Assembly: GCA_029555385.1 (NCBI GenBank)
Contig: JAKPSH010000207.1
Location: forward strand, 7,092-71,091
Direction of reading: 5' to 3'
Source: Pseudomonadota bacterium
GTDB lineage: Bacteria; Bdellovibrionota_C; UBA2361; SZUA-149
Length of the DNA stretch: 64,000 nucleotides
Shown here piece after piece: positions 38,992 to 48,644 of the stretch. Made by a program: the position numbers and the translations under genes. Under the pieces are notes generated by a model that did not search any database, had not been told where the DNA came from, and worked only from the letters and a program-made list of their open reading frames with translations. Each line of letters begins with the position of its first letter. Position 1 is the stretch's first letter.

Positions 38992-40455
38992 GTGGAAACT
39001 GCGGATAAACACGTGGTGGTGCTCGGCGCGGGACCAGCCGGTCTCACGACGGCCTACCTCCTTGCCCAGAATGGCCGTCCTGTAACAGTCTTGGAAGCGG
39101 ATCCCATTTATGTCGGAGGTCTCGCCCGGACAGTGTCTTACCACGGCTTCCGCTTTGACATCGGCGGACACCGCTTCTTTTCCAAATCCGAGAACGTTGA
39201 GCGCCTGTGGTCCGAGATCCTGCCCAATGACATGCTCGAATGCATTCGCCTGTCCCGCATCCACTTTCGCAGCGAGCTGATGTCCTATCCGCTTCGGCCG
39301 TTCGAGGTAATCGAACGGCTGGGGGTACTTGAATTTGCGCGCTGTATCCTTTCTTATTGGCAGGCTTGTGTCTTTCCTTCGCATCCGGCAATAACTTTTG
39401 AAGATTGGGCCATCAACGCCTTTGGCCGCCGCCTGTTTGAAATTTTCTTTAAGACTTACACGGAAAAAGTATGGGGTCTGAGCTGCCGCGAGATATCCGC
39501 TGATTGGGCAGCGCAACGAATTAAAAAGATGTCGCTTGCCGATGCGGCGTTTGCTGCCTTGCGGCAAACGCCGCTCTCCAGGCGAGATACGATCACCAGT
39601 CTCACCACTTCGTTTCGATATCCGCGCCTTGGCCCTGGCATGATGTGGGAAAAGTGCGCCGAGAAAATGTGCGCCGCGGGCGGCAGACTGCTCATGGGCC
39701 GGCCTGTCCAGGAACTTGAGTATTGCGCGCAAACCGGGCGCTGGCGCATCGTGGCGCAGGCAAAAAACGGCAATAGCGAAACTTTTGACGCGGGAACGGT
39801 GGTATCCTCGATCCCGCTCACCGACTTGGCCCGTATGCTCAAGCCGGAGCTTTCTTGGAATGCCCTCCAGGCCGTTCAAACACTTCGTTACCGGGACTTT
39901 CTTAGCGCGGCGGTCATTTTGCGGGAACGCGTTGCGCTGCAGGATCACTGGATTTACGTCCATGAACCAGCGGTTAGAGCAAGCCGGATTCAGAATTATA
40001 AGAGTTGGAGCCCCGCATTAATACCAGAACCCGGCCTGTGCTGCTTAGGTCTGGAGTATTTTTGCAATGCCAGTGATGAACTTTGGCACATGAACGACGA
40101 ACGATTGTTGAAACTTGCGTTGAACGAGTTGACGCAGTTAGGTTTGGCGCAGCCTGAAGACCTCGTGGATGGCTATGTAGTGCGCCAGCCAAAGGCCTAT
40201 CCCGTTTACGACTTGGGATACTCCGGGCGGGTACAGCTTGTCTTGTCCGAACTCGAGAGCCGCTTCCCGTCGCTGCACCTTGTGGGCCGAAACGGCAGGC
40301 ACCGCTACAACAATCAGGACCACTCAATGACTACAGCCATGCTGTCCGCCGCAAATATTCTTGCTGGGGAAAGGATGTACAACTTGCACAAGGTAAACGA
40401 AGACGCCGAGTACCTTGAAGAGCCTGTCGCAAAATACAGCCCCTGCTGCGAATGA
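38992..40455 (+). CDS. NAD(P)/FAD-dependent oxidoreductase (amine-oxidase / UDP-galactopyranose-mutase-like fold)
   Basis: Rossmann dinucleotide motif VVVLGAGPAGLTTAYLL, then …EADPIYVGGLARTVSYHGFRFDIGGHRFF… typical of the protoporphyrinogen-oxidase/UGM-like superfamily. 487 aa. Confidence 0.7.
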   Translation: METADKHVVVLGAGPAGLTTAYLLAQNGRPVTVLEADPIYVGGLARTVSYHGFRFDIGGHRFFSKSENVERLWSEILPNDMLECIRLSRIHFRSELMSYPLRPFEVIERLGVLEFARCILSYWQACVFPSHPAITFEDWAINAFGRRLFEIFFKTYTEKVWGLSCREISADWAAQRIKKMSLADAAFAALRQTPLSRRDTITSLTTSFRYPRLGPGMMWEKCAEKMCAAGGRLLMGRPVQELEYCAQTGRWRIVAQAKNGNSETFDAGTVVSSIPLTDLARMLKPELSWNALQAVQTLRYRDFLSAAVILRERVALQDHWIYVHEPAVRASRIQNYKSWSPALIPEPGLCCLGLEYFCNASDELWHMNDERLLKLALNELTQLGLAQPEDLVDGYVVRQPKAYPVYDLGYSGRVQLVLSELESRFPSLHLVGRNGRHRYNNQDHSMTTAMLSAANILAGERMYNLHKVNEDAEYLEEPVAKYSPCCE

Positions 40456-40484
40456 GAGATTTTGGCTGCAGCTTTCGGGGAGAA

Positions 40485-41534
40485 TTACGGCGAAGGCTCG
40501 AACTCGGCAAGAAACTTCTGAAAAACAGCAAAGTTCTCTTCGGGCGAGCGGGAAAGTTCAAAGAAATAACTCCTGGTTAAGAAGACCAGCCTTACCGCGG
40601 CATATAGCCGTCTAGCTGTCAGCCATATTCTGAAAACCAAACCCTGCCAATCAAGACCGAGAAACAACTCCACTAGCTGGGGCACACCCACTCCCACAAC
40701 CATGCCCGAAAAAAAAGCCTTGAATGCGGAGACTCGGCCCGCAGGCACAATACGCGCTGGGGCGTTAAGGTTTCGCACGCCGATGAGAGTACAGCGCGCA
40801 GGGGCCGTGGTTTCCAACTTATCCCTAAAGGCATTGAGGTCAATCAGCCATTTGGCATCAAACTCCCGCCGTTGGAAGTACCTTAGATGCTTTTCGTCAA
40901 TATTATGGGGCTTGCCGCAGACGCCGATGCGAACGGGGAATCCAATAAGCGTTCCATCACTTTTGGCCAAGGTAAGATCATCAGACAGAAGTTTAACTTG
41001 CGGAAGCGAAATAGCCTTCATCGATAAGGTGGTTTTCCCGCCTCCGGAAGGCAACAGAAGCATAATCCCTGCGCCGCCGGCCGCGAGACCGAGCGCGTGA
41101 ACCCGATGATATCCCTGCTCTTCAAGCAGTTCCCCCAGCCGCGCCAGGATAATAAGATACGCCACTTCGTGCATCAGTTCGTTGTTCTTCGTCCAGAGAA
41201 CGCCCCTGTCTTCGCGTTTCTGCCATCGCACCAGCGCTTCGCCATTATAGTAGTCAACCCAACGTTCATCGCTGTTTTCGAAACTGGCGTAGCGCGGCTG
41301 CACCATCGATGCCCGGATAGCCGGCAGTGCTTGATGACACTCGCTCTTCCAGCAGTAAAGTTGGATCGATTTGTATGACGGCTTTTGCGGCATAAAATCG
41401 AGTGCGCCAAAGTCAACTTTCAGGGCATCTAAGACCTCGGCACTATCAGAAAAGACAGAAACAGAAATCCCCTGAAAGCAGAAACTGAAACGTCCTGCAT
41501 CAGGTGGGGGCTGGTCAGTACTCATAGTCCGCAC
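40485..41534 (-). CDS. HprK-related P-loop kinase (HPr kinase/phosphorylase C-terminal-domain homologue)
   Basis: …HALGLAAGGAGIMLLLPSGGGKTTLSMKAISLPQVKLLSDDLTLAKSDGTLIGFPVRIGVCGKP… matches the HprK C-terminal fold (Gly-rich loop, GxGK[ST] P-loop, LxxDD). There are no other PTS genes nearby. ATG at 41525 with an AGGTG SD; the track start at 41534 is GTG. Confidence 0.7.
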   Translation of the reverse strand: MRTMSTDQPPPDAGRFSFCFQGISVSVFSDSAEVLDALKVDFGALDFMPQKPSYKSIQLYCWKSECHQALPAIRASMVQPRYASFENSDERWVDYYNGEALVRWQKREDRGVLWTKNNELMHEVAYLIILARLGELLEEQGYHRVHALGLAAGGAGIMLLLPSGGGKTTLSMKAISLPQVKLLSDDLTLAKSDGTLIGFPVRIGVCGKPHNIDEKHLRYFQRREFDAKWLIDLNAFRDKLETTAPARCTLIGVRNLNAPARIVPAGRVSAFKAFFSGMVVGVGVPQLVELFLGLDWQGLVFRIWLTARRLYAAVRLVFLTRSYFFELSRSPEENFAVFQKFLAEFEPSP

Positions 41535-42201
41535 CTAACAGCTTGGCTATTTCGGTCATAATCGTTTTTGTCACGTTCTTCCGGGCCGCCTTCCTTTTCT
41601 CTCCAGGGCGTAAGGAAAAACGTAAAGGACAACCTATGCTAATGGCGGCGGGCGCAATTCCCGGCAACTTCTTGCCTTTCGGCCAGGCCGCCCAAAATCC
41701 GGACAGGCCGACAGGAACGACAGGAACACCCGTAGCCAGCGCAAGCGCGGCAGCACCGTCTTTGGCCTGCTGCAGACGGCCATCCGTTGAACGCGTGCCC
41801 TCAGGAAAGATACCGACGATCTCGCCGCGCCGCAGATACTCAACAGCCGCAGCATAGGCATAGCTTACTGAACGGGGTTTACCAGGATCCACGGGAATCG
41901 TTTGCGCATTTTTCAGAAACCTGCCCCAGAACGCATGCGCAAAAAGCTTTCGGTGCCCCAAGAAATAAACGCGCCTCTTTAACTTTCTCATAAACACCGG
42001 ATAAACAATAAACCAATCCAAAAAGCTCGCATGATTCGCCGCCAGGATAAATCCCGATTCTGGAAGGTTCTCCGTGCCGTAAATCTTGCCTTTCAGCAGC
42101 ACAAAAAAGTAGAACTCGATCACCGGACCATAACTCCCGAGCAACAAACAGTCGACAAGTCTGCGGCCCGGACTATACTTTTCGGCCACTGGCCCTCCCA
42201 C
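41515..42201 (-). CDS. 1-acyl-sn-glycerol-3-phosphate acyltransferase-like (PlsC/LPLAT family)
   Basis: HX4D motif NHASFLD, …FPEGTRS… and …VPVVPVGLSG…. GTG start. 20-nt overlap with the downstream HprK-like gene. Confidence 0.85.
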   Translation of the reverse strand: MGGPVAEKYSPGRRLVDCLLLGSYGPVIEFYFFVLLKGKIYGTENLPESGFILAANHASFLDWFIVYPVFMRKLKRRVYFLGHRKLFAHAFWGRFLKNAQTIPVDPGKPRSVSYAYAAAVEYLRRGEIVGIFPEGTRSTDGRLQQAKDGAAALALATGVPVVPVGLSGFWAAWPKGKKLPGIAPAAISIGCPLRFSLRPGEKRKAARKNVTKTIMTEIAKLLGADYEY

Positions 42202-42268
42202 TTGCCATCATTTCCGCCAAAAATATTCCATCAAATATCAGTTTTTTCATAGACACTTTTTTTGTATC

Positions 42269-43774
42269 TTGGCGGCAAGGGAAAAACCTATTAGGGCAAT
42301 GCGCGTGAAGGCCAAACATGGCACCCAAAGAAACCTAACAGAATGGTTCGGACTGCGTCTATTCATTGTCGCCACGCAAGGACTGTATCCATTTTCCTTA
42401 CTCTACAGGCTTTTTTACCGTTTCGCTCTTCGTTTCTTTCTTTACCAGGCCAAAAAGGATCGTGCGATTACCGCCGTTTTTTTGCGGCACCTTTGCGCGG
42501 CTTCCGTGCATGACGCAGGACTAACCGATATCGATCTGAGTATCACCATGCGCAGCACGTCCATCGCGGAAACCTTGGAGCATCTCCAACGCTTCTGGCG
42601 CAAGTACGAAACATGGAGACGGCTTTTCCCGATGATTGGCGAAATCGAGCTCTTTCATTCCGAGGATTTCCTGCCCAGCGTGCGGCTTGCGTCGGCAAGA
42701 GCAGTAGTCCCGCGCAAGCACTCCGTTGTCTTCCTCAGCTCTCCCGCTGCGGATGTGGCTGACGCAATCCGTCTTCTTGCGCACCACGATGGAGGCTGCA
42801 CAGAACGCAGCTACGACATCAATATCCTTCATCGTTATATCCTTTGTTTCTTTGGGGAATTGTTTAATCGTCTGCTGACTCCCTCTCGACTCGGCAGGAG
42901 ACTGCTGGAACACGCGGCGCACAGAATTGTTGCTATTTCCGCGCTCGCGGCACCGGGCAAGACTCACCTCATTACAGGCACTCTCCATGAACTCCCGGAG
43001 CAGCGCCTTTTTTACGAACTGCAAACGCATTTAAAGGAGATCTTTGCACCAGTTGCTGCGCCGGATGCTGAGCCGCTAACGCTTCCCAGCGCTTCTCCCA
43101 CAAACAGCAAACTCCTTGCATTTGCCGAAATAATTGAACCGGCCTGCGCTCCGGTATTTCAAGCTCTTCCCGCAGCTCTCGTTTTCTTGAGCCGTTGTGG
43201 TTGGCACGACCGCCACTGCGTGATCTGCATTGTTGAAGACGATATAACCGAGGCGGACGCCTCTTTCGCGCTGAATGTTCTGACTAGCGCTTTTTCCCGG
43301 CATCGAGACTATTGGGTCGCCAGTAGTCACCCCGGCATCATCGCCAATCAGTTTCCCTTATTCACTTTCCCTGTGATTCTCCCGCGCTCTCTTTGGCTTG
43401 CTCTGGCCAAAGCCGAACCCTTCGAAGCAGTCAAATTCCTCAATGACGGCATCGTCACTGGTTCCACGCCAGTCCTGGCCGCGCTGCCTCTGCCTGCTCG
43501 TGCTTCACTATTGGACTTCGCGGCATTCCAGTGCTGGCACCTGTCCCACTTGAAAAACAATTATTTCCGCTTGCCCGAAGCCGGGTTGGGAGAACTATAT
43601 GCGCACATTCTCAGCATAATTGATTGTTATACGGAAATACTGACCGGCTGTCCGAGTGCACGCCAACCAGCATCTTTTTTGGAAAAGACTGGTTTTGTTG
43701 CACAGTACACTGCGGTCTCATCTGCTATCGAGAGCTTTCGCAATCTCCTTAGCTCAGTCGAGGAACACCATTGA
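42269..43774 (+). CDS. hypothetical protein (possible nucleotidyltransferase-fold N-terminal region)
   Basis: 501 aa. SVHDAGLTDIDLSI loosely resembles an NTase hG[GS]…D.D motif. TTG at 42269, or ATG at 42299. Its stop overlaps the next start (TGATG). Confidence 0.45.
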   Translation: MAAREKPIRAMRVKAKHGTQRNLTEWFGLRLFIVATQGLYPFSLLYRLFYRFALRFFLYQAKKDRAITAVFLRHLCAASVHDAGLTDIDLSITMRSTSIAETLEHLQRFWRKYETWRRLFPMIGEIELFHSEDFLPSVRLASARAVVPRKHSVVFLSSPAADVADAIRLLAHHDGGCTERSYDINILHRYILCFFGELFNRLLTPSRLGRRLLEHAAHRIVAISALAAPGKTHLITGTLHELPEQRLFYELQTHLKEIFAPVAAPDAEPLTLPSASPTNSKLLAFAEIIEPACAPVFQALPAALVFLSRCGWHDRHCVICIVEDDITEADASFALNVLTSAFSRHRDYWVASSHPGIIANQFPLFTFPVILPRSLWLALAKAEPFEAVKFLNDGIVTGSTPVLAALPLPARASLLDFAAFQCWHLSHLKNNYFRLPEAGLGELYAHILSIIDCYTEILTGCPSARQPASFLEKTGFVAQYTAVSSAIESFRNLLSSVEEHH

Positions 43775-45027
43775 TGGAAAAGAAAGCTCTGATCATTTAT
43801 GAAATCGCCGGCCTGGGCCACGAGAAGGTTGCGGGCATCCTCGCCGGAATGCTCGAACAAAACGGCTATATTGTGACCAAGCTCGCCATGAGCAGTCTAC
43901 TCAATGCAAAAGATGCATATTTTTTTTCGTGGACTTGGAACTATTTTGTCAGACGCAACCTCGTTTTCCTCGCCAACGCGATTAATATCTTTTCCGTCCG
44001 CTTGTTCTTTCTGCCCCTGTTCGAACTGCGCAACACGGAGCGCGTCATACAAAAGATTTCTGAGCAACGGCCCGCGGTTCTGATCAGCACTATTCACTGC
44101 TATAACAAAATTCTTGCCGAGTATTCGACACGGCACCAGACTCCCTTTTTCGTCTTCATCACTGAGGTTTTCCCCACCTTTCTTGACACCGTGGCTCCTG
44201 GCGCAGATCATTTCTGTTATTTCAACGAATCGAGAAACCTTGTACATGCCTTTGACTTTAATCTCGGCTACTACCAGAACAAAATTATTCCGGGCCGCTG
44301 GTTGCAAAACATTGCACGTTACATAACTAGCCGGCTGCGGGACTTTCGTAAAAGAGGCCCGAAGGAGGCGCTGTTTGTTCAAGAGCTCAATGATTTGCCC
44401 AAGAACAACAACGCGACTTGCTTCACCCTTGGCCCTTTCTCAAGCAAAGAGTTCTTTGAGCCTAAAGATCGCCGAGAAATCGCTCAACGCTTGGGTCTTT
44501 GCGCCGGCCAAGATACTATCTTGATTGCCAGCGGCAGCATCGGCGGACGTTTCGTGTTTGATATGCTTAAGACAATTACCGCAGCGAACCTGCCCGTCAA
44601 TGTTCTTGCTGTCTGCGGGAAAGACAAAACAACTCTGGCACGCGTTCAGGAGTATGCCCGGCGTTATCGTGGCGCCTCGATGATCACGGCTTTTGGATTT
44701 GTTGATTTCTTCGACGAGCTGTTAACTGCCGCCGACGCCGCAGTCTGCCGCCCATCAGCGCAAGTGTTTATTGAATGTTTGTTGAAAACACTGCCGTTCG
44801 TTACCCTGCGCAAGACAACATTTAATGACCATGGCGGACTGCGCATGATTGAAAAATATGGCCTTGGTGAAATTTGCGACTCTCACTCTCAAGTCCCCGC
44901 CCTTGTCTCGTTGGTCCTGCGGCAGAAGCATAAATACCGCAAAAACATTAAGAGCTTGCTCGAAAACTACCCTGCGCAGTATGAAGAAAAAGAAAAGATA
45001 ATCCTCGATGCAATTTCCGGTAGATGA
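43774..45027 (+). CDS. glycosyltransferase, GT28/MGDG-synthase (MurG/UgtP)-like
   Basis: N-terminal …ALIIYEIAGLGHEKVAGILAG… resembles the MGDG_synth/GT28 N-domain. GT-B C-terminal half. Translationally coupled on both sides. Confidence 0.6.
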   Translation: MEKKALIIYEIAGLGHEKVAGILAGMLEQNGYIVTKLAMSSLLNAKDAYFFSWTWNYFVRRNLVFLANAINIFSVRLFFLPLFELRNTERVIQKISEQRPAVLISTIHCYNKILAEYSTRHQTPFFVFITEVFPTFLDTVAPGADHFCYFNESRNLVHAFDFNLGYYQNKIIPGRWLQNIARYITSRLRDFRKRGPKEALFVQELNDLPKNNNATCFTLGPFSSKEFFEPKDRREIAQRLGLCAGQDTILIASGSIGGRFVFDMLKTITAANLPVNVLAVCGKDKTTLARVQEYARRYRGASMITAFGFVDFFDELLTAADAAVCRPSAQVFIECLLKTLPFVTLRKTTFNDHGGLRMIEKYGLGEICDSHSQVPALVSLVLRQKHKYRKNIKSLLENYPAQYEEKEKIILDAISGR

Positions 45028-45758
45028 ATACACATCAAATCAGCTTTATCGTCCCAGCTTTTAACGAGGAGGCTGTGCTGCCGGCGCTGCTTGAATCCAT
45101 ACACAGTCAGGGTCTTGATCATTATGAGATTATCGTAGCCGATGCGGCGTCTACTGACCGCACCGCGGAAATCGCACAAGGCTGCGGCGCCAAGGTCGTC
45201 CCTGGCGGCTTGCCTCCGGCAGGCAGAAATAACGCTGCGCGCGCGGCTAGCGGCGATTATCTTTTTTTTGCCGATGCCGACGTAGTATTTCCACCGGGCT
45301 TCCTAACTCAGTTCCTAAGAAAAGTGGAAACAACTGGCGCCGATGCTGCTTCATGTTTTTTTGTTCCCCGAAGCTCATTATTTGCAGACGCTATAATTCA
45401 AACGATTTTTAATTTCTATAATTGGTGCACTCAGTTCTTCTACCCCCACGCTCAAGGCGCATTTATTTTTAGCAAGCGTTGGCTTCATGAACGCATTTCC
45501 GGCTTCGATGAGACGATATTTCTTGGCGAAGATCACGACTATGTCAGACGGGCCCAGGAACACGGCGTTTATAAATATTTTGCATCACCGCGATTGCCGG
45601 TAAGCGTTCGGAGATTCGAAAAAGACGGAAGGCTCCGTGTCTTTCTTTTGTACTGCCGCTGCGAGTGGCACCGCATATTGTGCGGCGAGATCCGGAAAAG
45701 CCGCTTCACCTATGACTATGGGCACTCTTCGCCTGAAACGAAACTCCCGCCGCCATAG
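45024..45758 (+). CDS. GT2-family glycosyltransferase
   Basis: …ISFIVPAFNEEAVLPALLESI…, DxD-type …FFADADVV… and …FLGEDHDYVRRA…. 244 aa. Confidence 0.8.
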   Translation: MNTHQISFIVPAFNEEAVLPALLESIHSQGLDHYEIIVADAASTDRTAEIAQGCGAKVVPGGLPPAGRNNAARAASGDYLFFADADVVFPPGFLTQFLRKVETTGADAASCFFVPRSSLFADAIIQTIFNFYNWCTQFFYPHAQGAFIFSKRWLHERISGFDETIFLGEDHDYVRRAQEHGVYKYFASPRLPVSVRRFEKDGRLRVFLLYCRCEWHRILCGEIRKSRFTYDYGHSSPETKLPPP

Positions 45759-45811
45759 CGTCGCGCCGCTGAGTTGCGCACCTGAGCCGCCGCAGACAAC
45801 TGCTCTGTCTC

Positions 45812-46864
45812 TCAAAACCGGTGCGGACAACCGAGGCAAGGAGAGTCCTCCTCGACGAGTTCTTTTTTCTTATACATCGTCCACAGCCGTGCGCTGCGGT
45901 ACTTTGCCCCGTTCCAAATCGCACCGAGCTCTTCCTCGTAAAGGTTGCCGAAGACACTTTCTTTTTTAGACAATAGGCAGCAGGCAAATACACCGCCGTC
46001 CCAGTTAATCATCGGCAGCGTCAAGAGCAGCTCACAACATCGCAGGCGGGCGGTCCAAGACCAGGTATAAAGCGGTGAAGCGAGGTCTTTTCGCACCTGG
46101 CAGTCATTAAGATCCTGCCAATACTCGTCATAGTCTGATTGACTAGTAGCATCATCCGCCTTGAGATCCGCAAGCATCAGATAACCCCGCAAAGGGAGCA
46201 AACGGAATCTCATTGTGAGTTTTTTGGCCAGTGCTCTGGCCTCCGCAATCTCATGCGAATTAAAGCGGTGATAGAGGTACTGCCACACCACAAACGGCGT
46301 GCGGCTTCTCAACCGCTTCTTCACCTCCAGGAGGGTGAGAATGTTGCGCTTGACCAGCTCTACATCGCCTCCTTTTCGATATCTCGCGTAGCATTCCTGG
46401 CTGACACCATCGATAGAAAGACTTAAGACATCGAGACCCGAGCTAACCAAGTGCTCGAAAAAGCATGCGTCCTTTTCGAGGGAGAAATGAGAATGGATCT
46501 CAACTACGATATTTTTACTTCGTGCATAAGAAATCATCTGGAAAATGTCTTGATTGAGCAAAGGCTCTCCCCGGACGGTCAGCGCCAACATTCTAATCTT
46601 TCCGGCTCTGTTTAAAAGCGTCTTAAACCCTTCAAAGGTCAAAACCCCCTTTGGATAATCGGAACGATTCGAGCCGGTAGGACAAAGCGGGCATTGCAGG
46701 TTGCATATATTGCCGGGGTCGATCGCAATAAATCCCGGCAGCGTTGCCCTCCGCCAGATGATCATACTTAGCGCAGCCTTCAAGATCAGCCAGCGCTTAT
46801 AAACATGGCGCAGCTTTGATGAGCGCGATAGTACCGCAAAAATTAACCGATCTGCTCTTTGCAT
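45812..46864 (-). CDS. radical SAM enzyme with C-terminal SPASM/twitch-like Cys motif
   Basis: CNLQCPLC (Cx3Cx2C) and the GGE-like …VRGEPLL…. C-terminal …WDGGVFACC…(~45)…CLGCP…. The alternative start MIIWRR (46765) would put the Cys motif about 19 aa from the N-terminus. Confidence 0.8.
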   Translation of the reverse strand: MQRADRLIFAVLSRSSKLRHVYKRWLILKAALSMIIWRRATLPGFIAIDPGNICNLQCPLCPTGSNRSDYPKGVLTFEGFKTLLNRAGKIRMLALTVRGEPLLNQDIFQMISYARSKNIVVEIHSHFSLEKDACFFEHLVSSGLDVLSLSIDGVSQECYARYRKGGDVELVKRNILTLLEVKKRLRSRTPFVVWQYLYHRFNSHEIAEARALAKKLTMRFRLLPLRGYLMLADLKADDATSQSDYDEYWQDLNDCQVRKDLASPLYTWSWTARLRCCELLLTLPMINWDGGVFACCLLSKKESVFGNLYEEELGAIWNGAKYRSARLWTMYKKKELVEEDSPCLGCPHRF

Positions 46865-46982
46865 GCCTGATTTCCGGGTAGCGAGGCCGCATCACTCGAT
46901 GCACGAACCAAGCGGTAGGCAACGCGAAACGCCTTAGTTCAACATAATCATTCGCCGTGCTCAGCGAAAGCATGTTTTTCAT
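46797..46982 (-). CDS. 61-aa small ORF immediately upstream of the rSAM/SPASM gene (candidate precursor peptide or upstream ORF)
   Basis: GGGAGGAG SD 6 nt before the ATG at 46982. MKNMLSLSTANDYVELRRFALPTAWFVHRVMRPRYPEIRHAKSRSVNFCGTIALIKAAPCL. It ends 31 nt before the alternative rSAM start at 46765. Confidence 0.35.
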   Translation of the reverse strand: MKNMLSLSTANDYVELRRFALPTAWFVHRVMRPRYPEIRHAKSRSVNFCGTIALIKAAPCL

Positions 46983-47114
46983 GCTTCGCTCCTCCCGATC
47001 CGCACCCCCCGCCTTCGTTTAAGACCCTTTCCCGTACTACACTTTGATGCTACCTTAGCCTAGTTTCTGCGCCGTATTGCACGGCCGCCGGTTTCTATTT
47101 ACTTCTACACGAAA

Positions 47115-48644
47115 ATGATTCAATCCCGGTTCTCTCCAGCCACTATTAAGTTGGTGATCTGGCTGCTGTGTGGGGCGCTCAGCGCTCTTGTTGCTGCACA
47201 CCACGAACCCTGGCGAGACGAAGCGCAAGCCTGGCTCATCGCCCGTGACACAGCATCACTCCCGGCGCTACTGCAACTCGGCGGCTACGAAGCGTCTCCC
47301 ATGCTCTGGCACCTTGTTCTCCGGCCTCTGGCTCAGGCTGGTTTACCCTATTGGTCAATGCAGGTGCTGAACTTAGTGTTCGTCTTAAGCACCGCGGCGA
47401 TCGTGTTATACTGCGCTCCCTTTTCTCTGGCGCAAAAGGCAGCGATTATTTTTGGCTACTACTTTTTCTATGAGTACGGCATTATCGCCCGGAGTTATGG
47501 TCTGAGCAATCTGTTGCTCACAGCTCTTGCCGCGCGTTACCGCCGCAGAATACAGCATCCCCTACTGTTCGCGGCTTTGCTGTTCGGCCTCGCTAACTCT
47601 TCCAGCATGGGACTTATACTTGCGCTGACCATCGGTGGTTTCTTTCTTGCTGAATTGCGCGGACAAAGCGGGCGGGCAATGTTTCTTGGCACTTCATTAA
47701 TTATTGTCCTCGCACTGGCTCTTGCCGTATATCAGATCATCCCACCACAAGATGTTTCCGCCGGGCGAAAACTCGCCGGCCTATCCGCAAACTGGCTCCC
47801 TGCGAGCTGGGCTGCGCTTGCCATCGGCAATGCCTTCGCCATTTTACCGGAAGGAAATATCCATTTCTGGAATACCAGTCTATGGCTCCGTATTCCTTCC
47901 CCATTTTGGCAGTTATGCTCAATTATCTTGCTCATCTCATCGATATTCTGCTTCCGCCGCCACCCGCGCTATCTTCGGCTTTACTTATTTATAAACTTTG
48001 CTCTGTCCGCGGCAATTGTTGCCCTGTTTCTTCAATTTAACTCACGGCATACGGGCTTTCTTTTCCTCGCGTTTGTCTTTGTATTCTGGATTACTCAGGA
48101 CTGCACGCATCCGGCGCGGGTTCGTACGGATCGATTCGCTGTTTCGTTCTTTTCTCTTGTTCTACTTTTTCAACTTTACGCATCGGCAGTGGCGTTATAT
48201 TGCGAGCTTCGCCAGCCATTCTCTCCGGGACAAATCGCCGCGCGCTTTTTGAGTGATCATGGCTACATCCGCGCCGATACGATCATTGCCAGCTTCGGCT
48301 CGCATATTGCCGCGTCGATTCTGCCGTTCTTGCCCGAGAGCTGCCGCTTCTATCAAACAGAAAGCGGAGAATTCGGCAGCTATGTAGTGTGGAACACCGC
48401 ATTCTATACCGGTGGAGCTTTACGTCATTTGGCACTTCGGCGGCTCGCGCGATTAAGCTCGACGACGAAGCCGGAAACTATCTTGCTCCTTAGTTATGCA
48501 CCCATCGACGGCCATCTATTGGACAAGAACTTTGATCTTCTCGCGTCGTTTGAAGGGGGGATCGAGCGTACGGAAGAGTTTTACATTTATCGAATACTAA
48601 ATCCTCATGAACCTCATGGATACGTCCGAACAGGACATCAATAG
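47115..48644 (+). CDS. polytopic membrane protein, probable GT-C-fold glycosyltransferase / polymerase-like
   Basis: 509 aa with at least 10 TM helices. Expressed divergently from the small-ORF/rSAM pair and co-directional with the downstream GT2. No catalytic motif is identified. Confidence 0.5.
   Translation: MIQSRFSPATIKLVIWLLCGALSALVAAHHEPWRDEAQAWLIARDTASLPALLQLGGYEASPMLWHLVLRPLAQAGLPYWSMQVLNLVFVLSTAAIVLYCAPFSLAQKAAIIFGYYFFYEYGIIARSYGLSNLLLTALAARYRRRIQHPLLFAALLFGLANSSSMGLILALTIGGFFLAELRGQSGRAMFLGTSLIIVLALALAVYQIIPPQDVSAGRKLAGLSANWLPASWAALAIGNAFAILPEGNIHFWNTSLWLRIPSPFWQLCSIILLISSIFCFRRHPRYLRLYLFINFALSAAIVALFLQFNSRHTGFLFLAFVFVFWITQDCTHPARVRTDRFAVSFFSLVLLFQLYASAVALYCELRQPFSPGQIAARFLSDHGYIRADTIIASFGSHIAASILPFLPESCRFYQTESGEFGSYVVWNTAFYTGGALRHLALRRLARLSSTTKPETILLLSYAPIDGHLLDKNFDLLASFEGGIERTEEFYIYRILNPHEPHGYVRTGHQ

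Noticed and set aside
40456-42268. Looked for a PqqD/RRE-like small ORF partnering the HprK-related kinase, by analogy to the HprK-related kinase cassettes I recall
   Set aside because: Only antisense ORFs (41097..41378, 41543..41857, 42031..42252) with Arg/Pro-rich composition were found. None is plausible.
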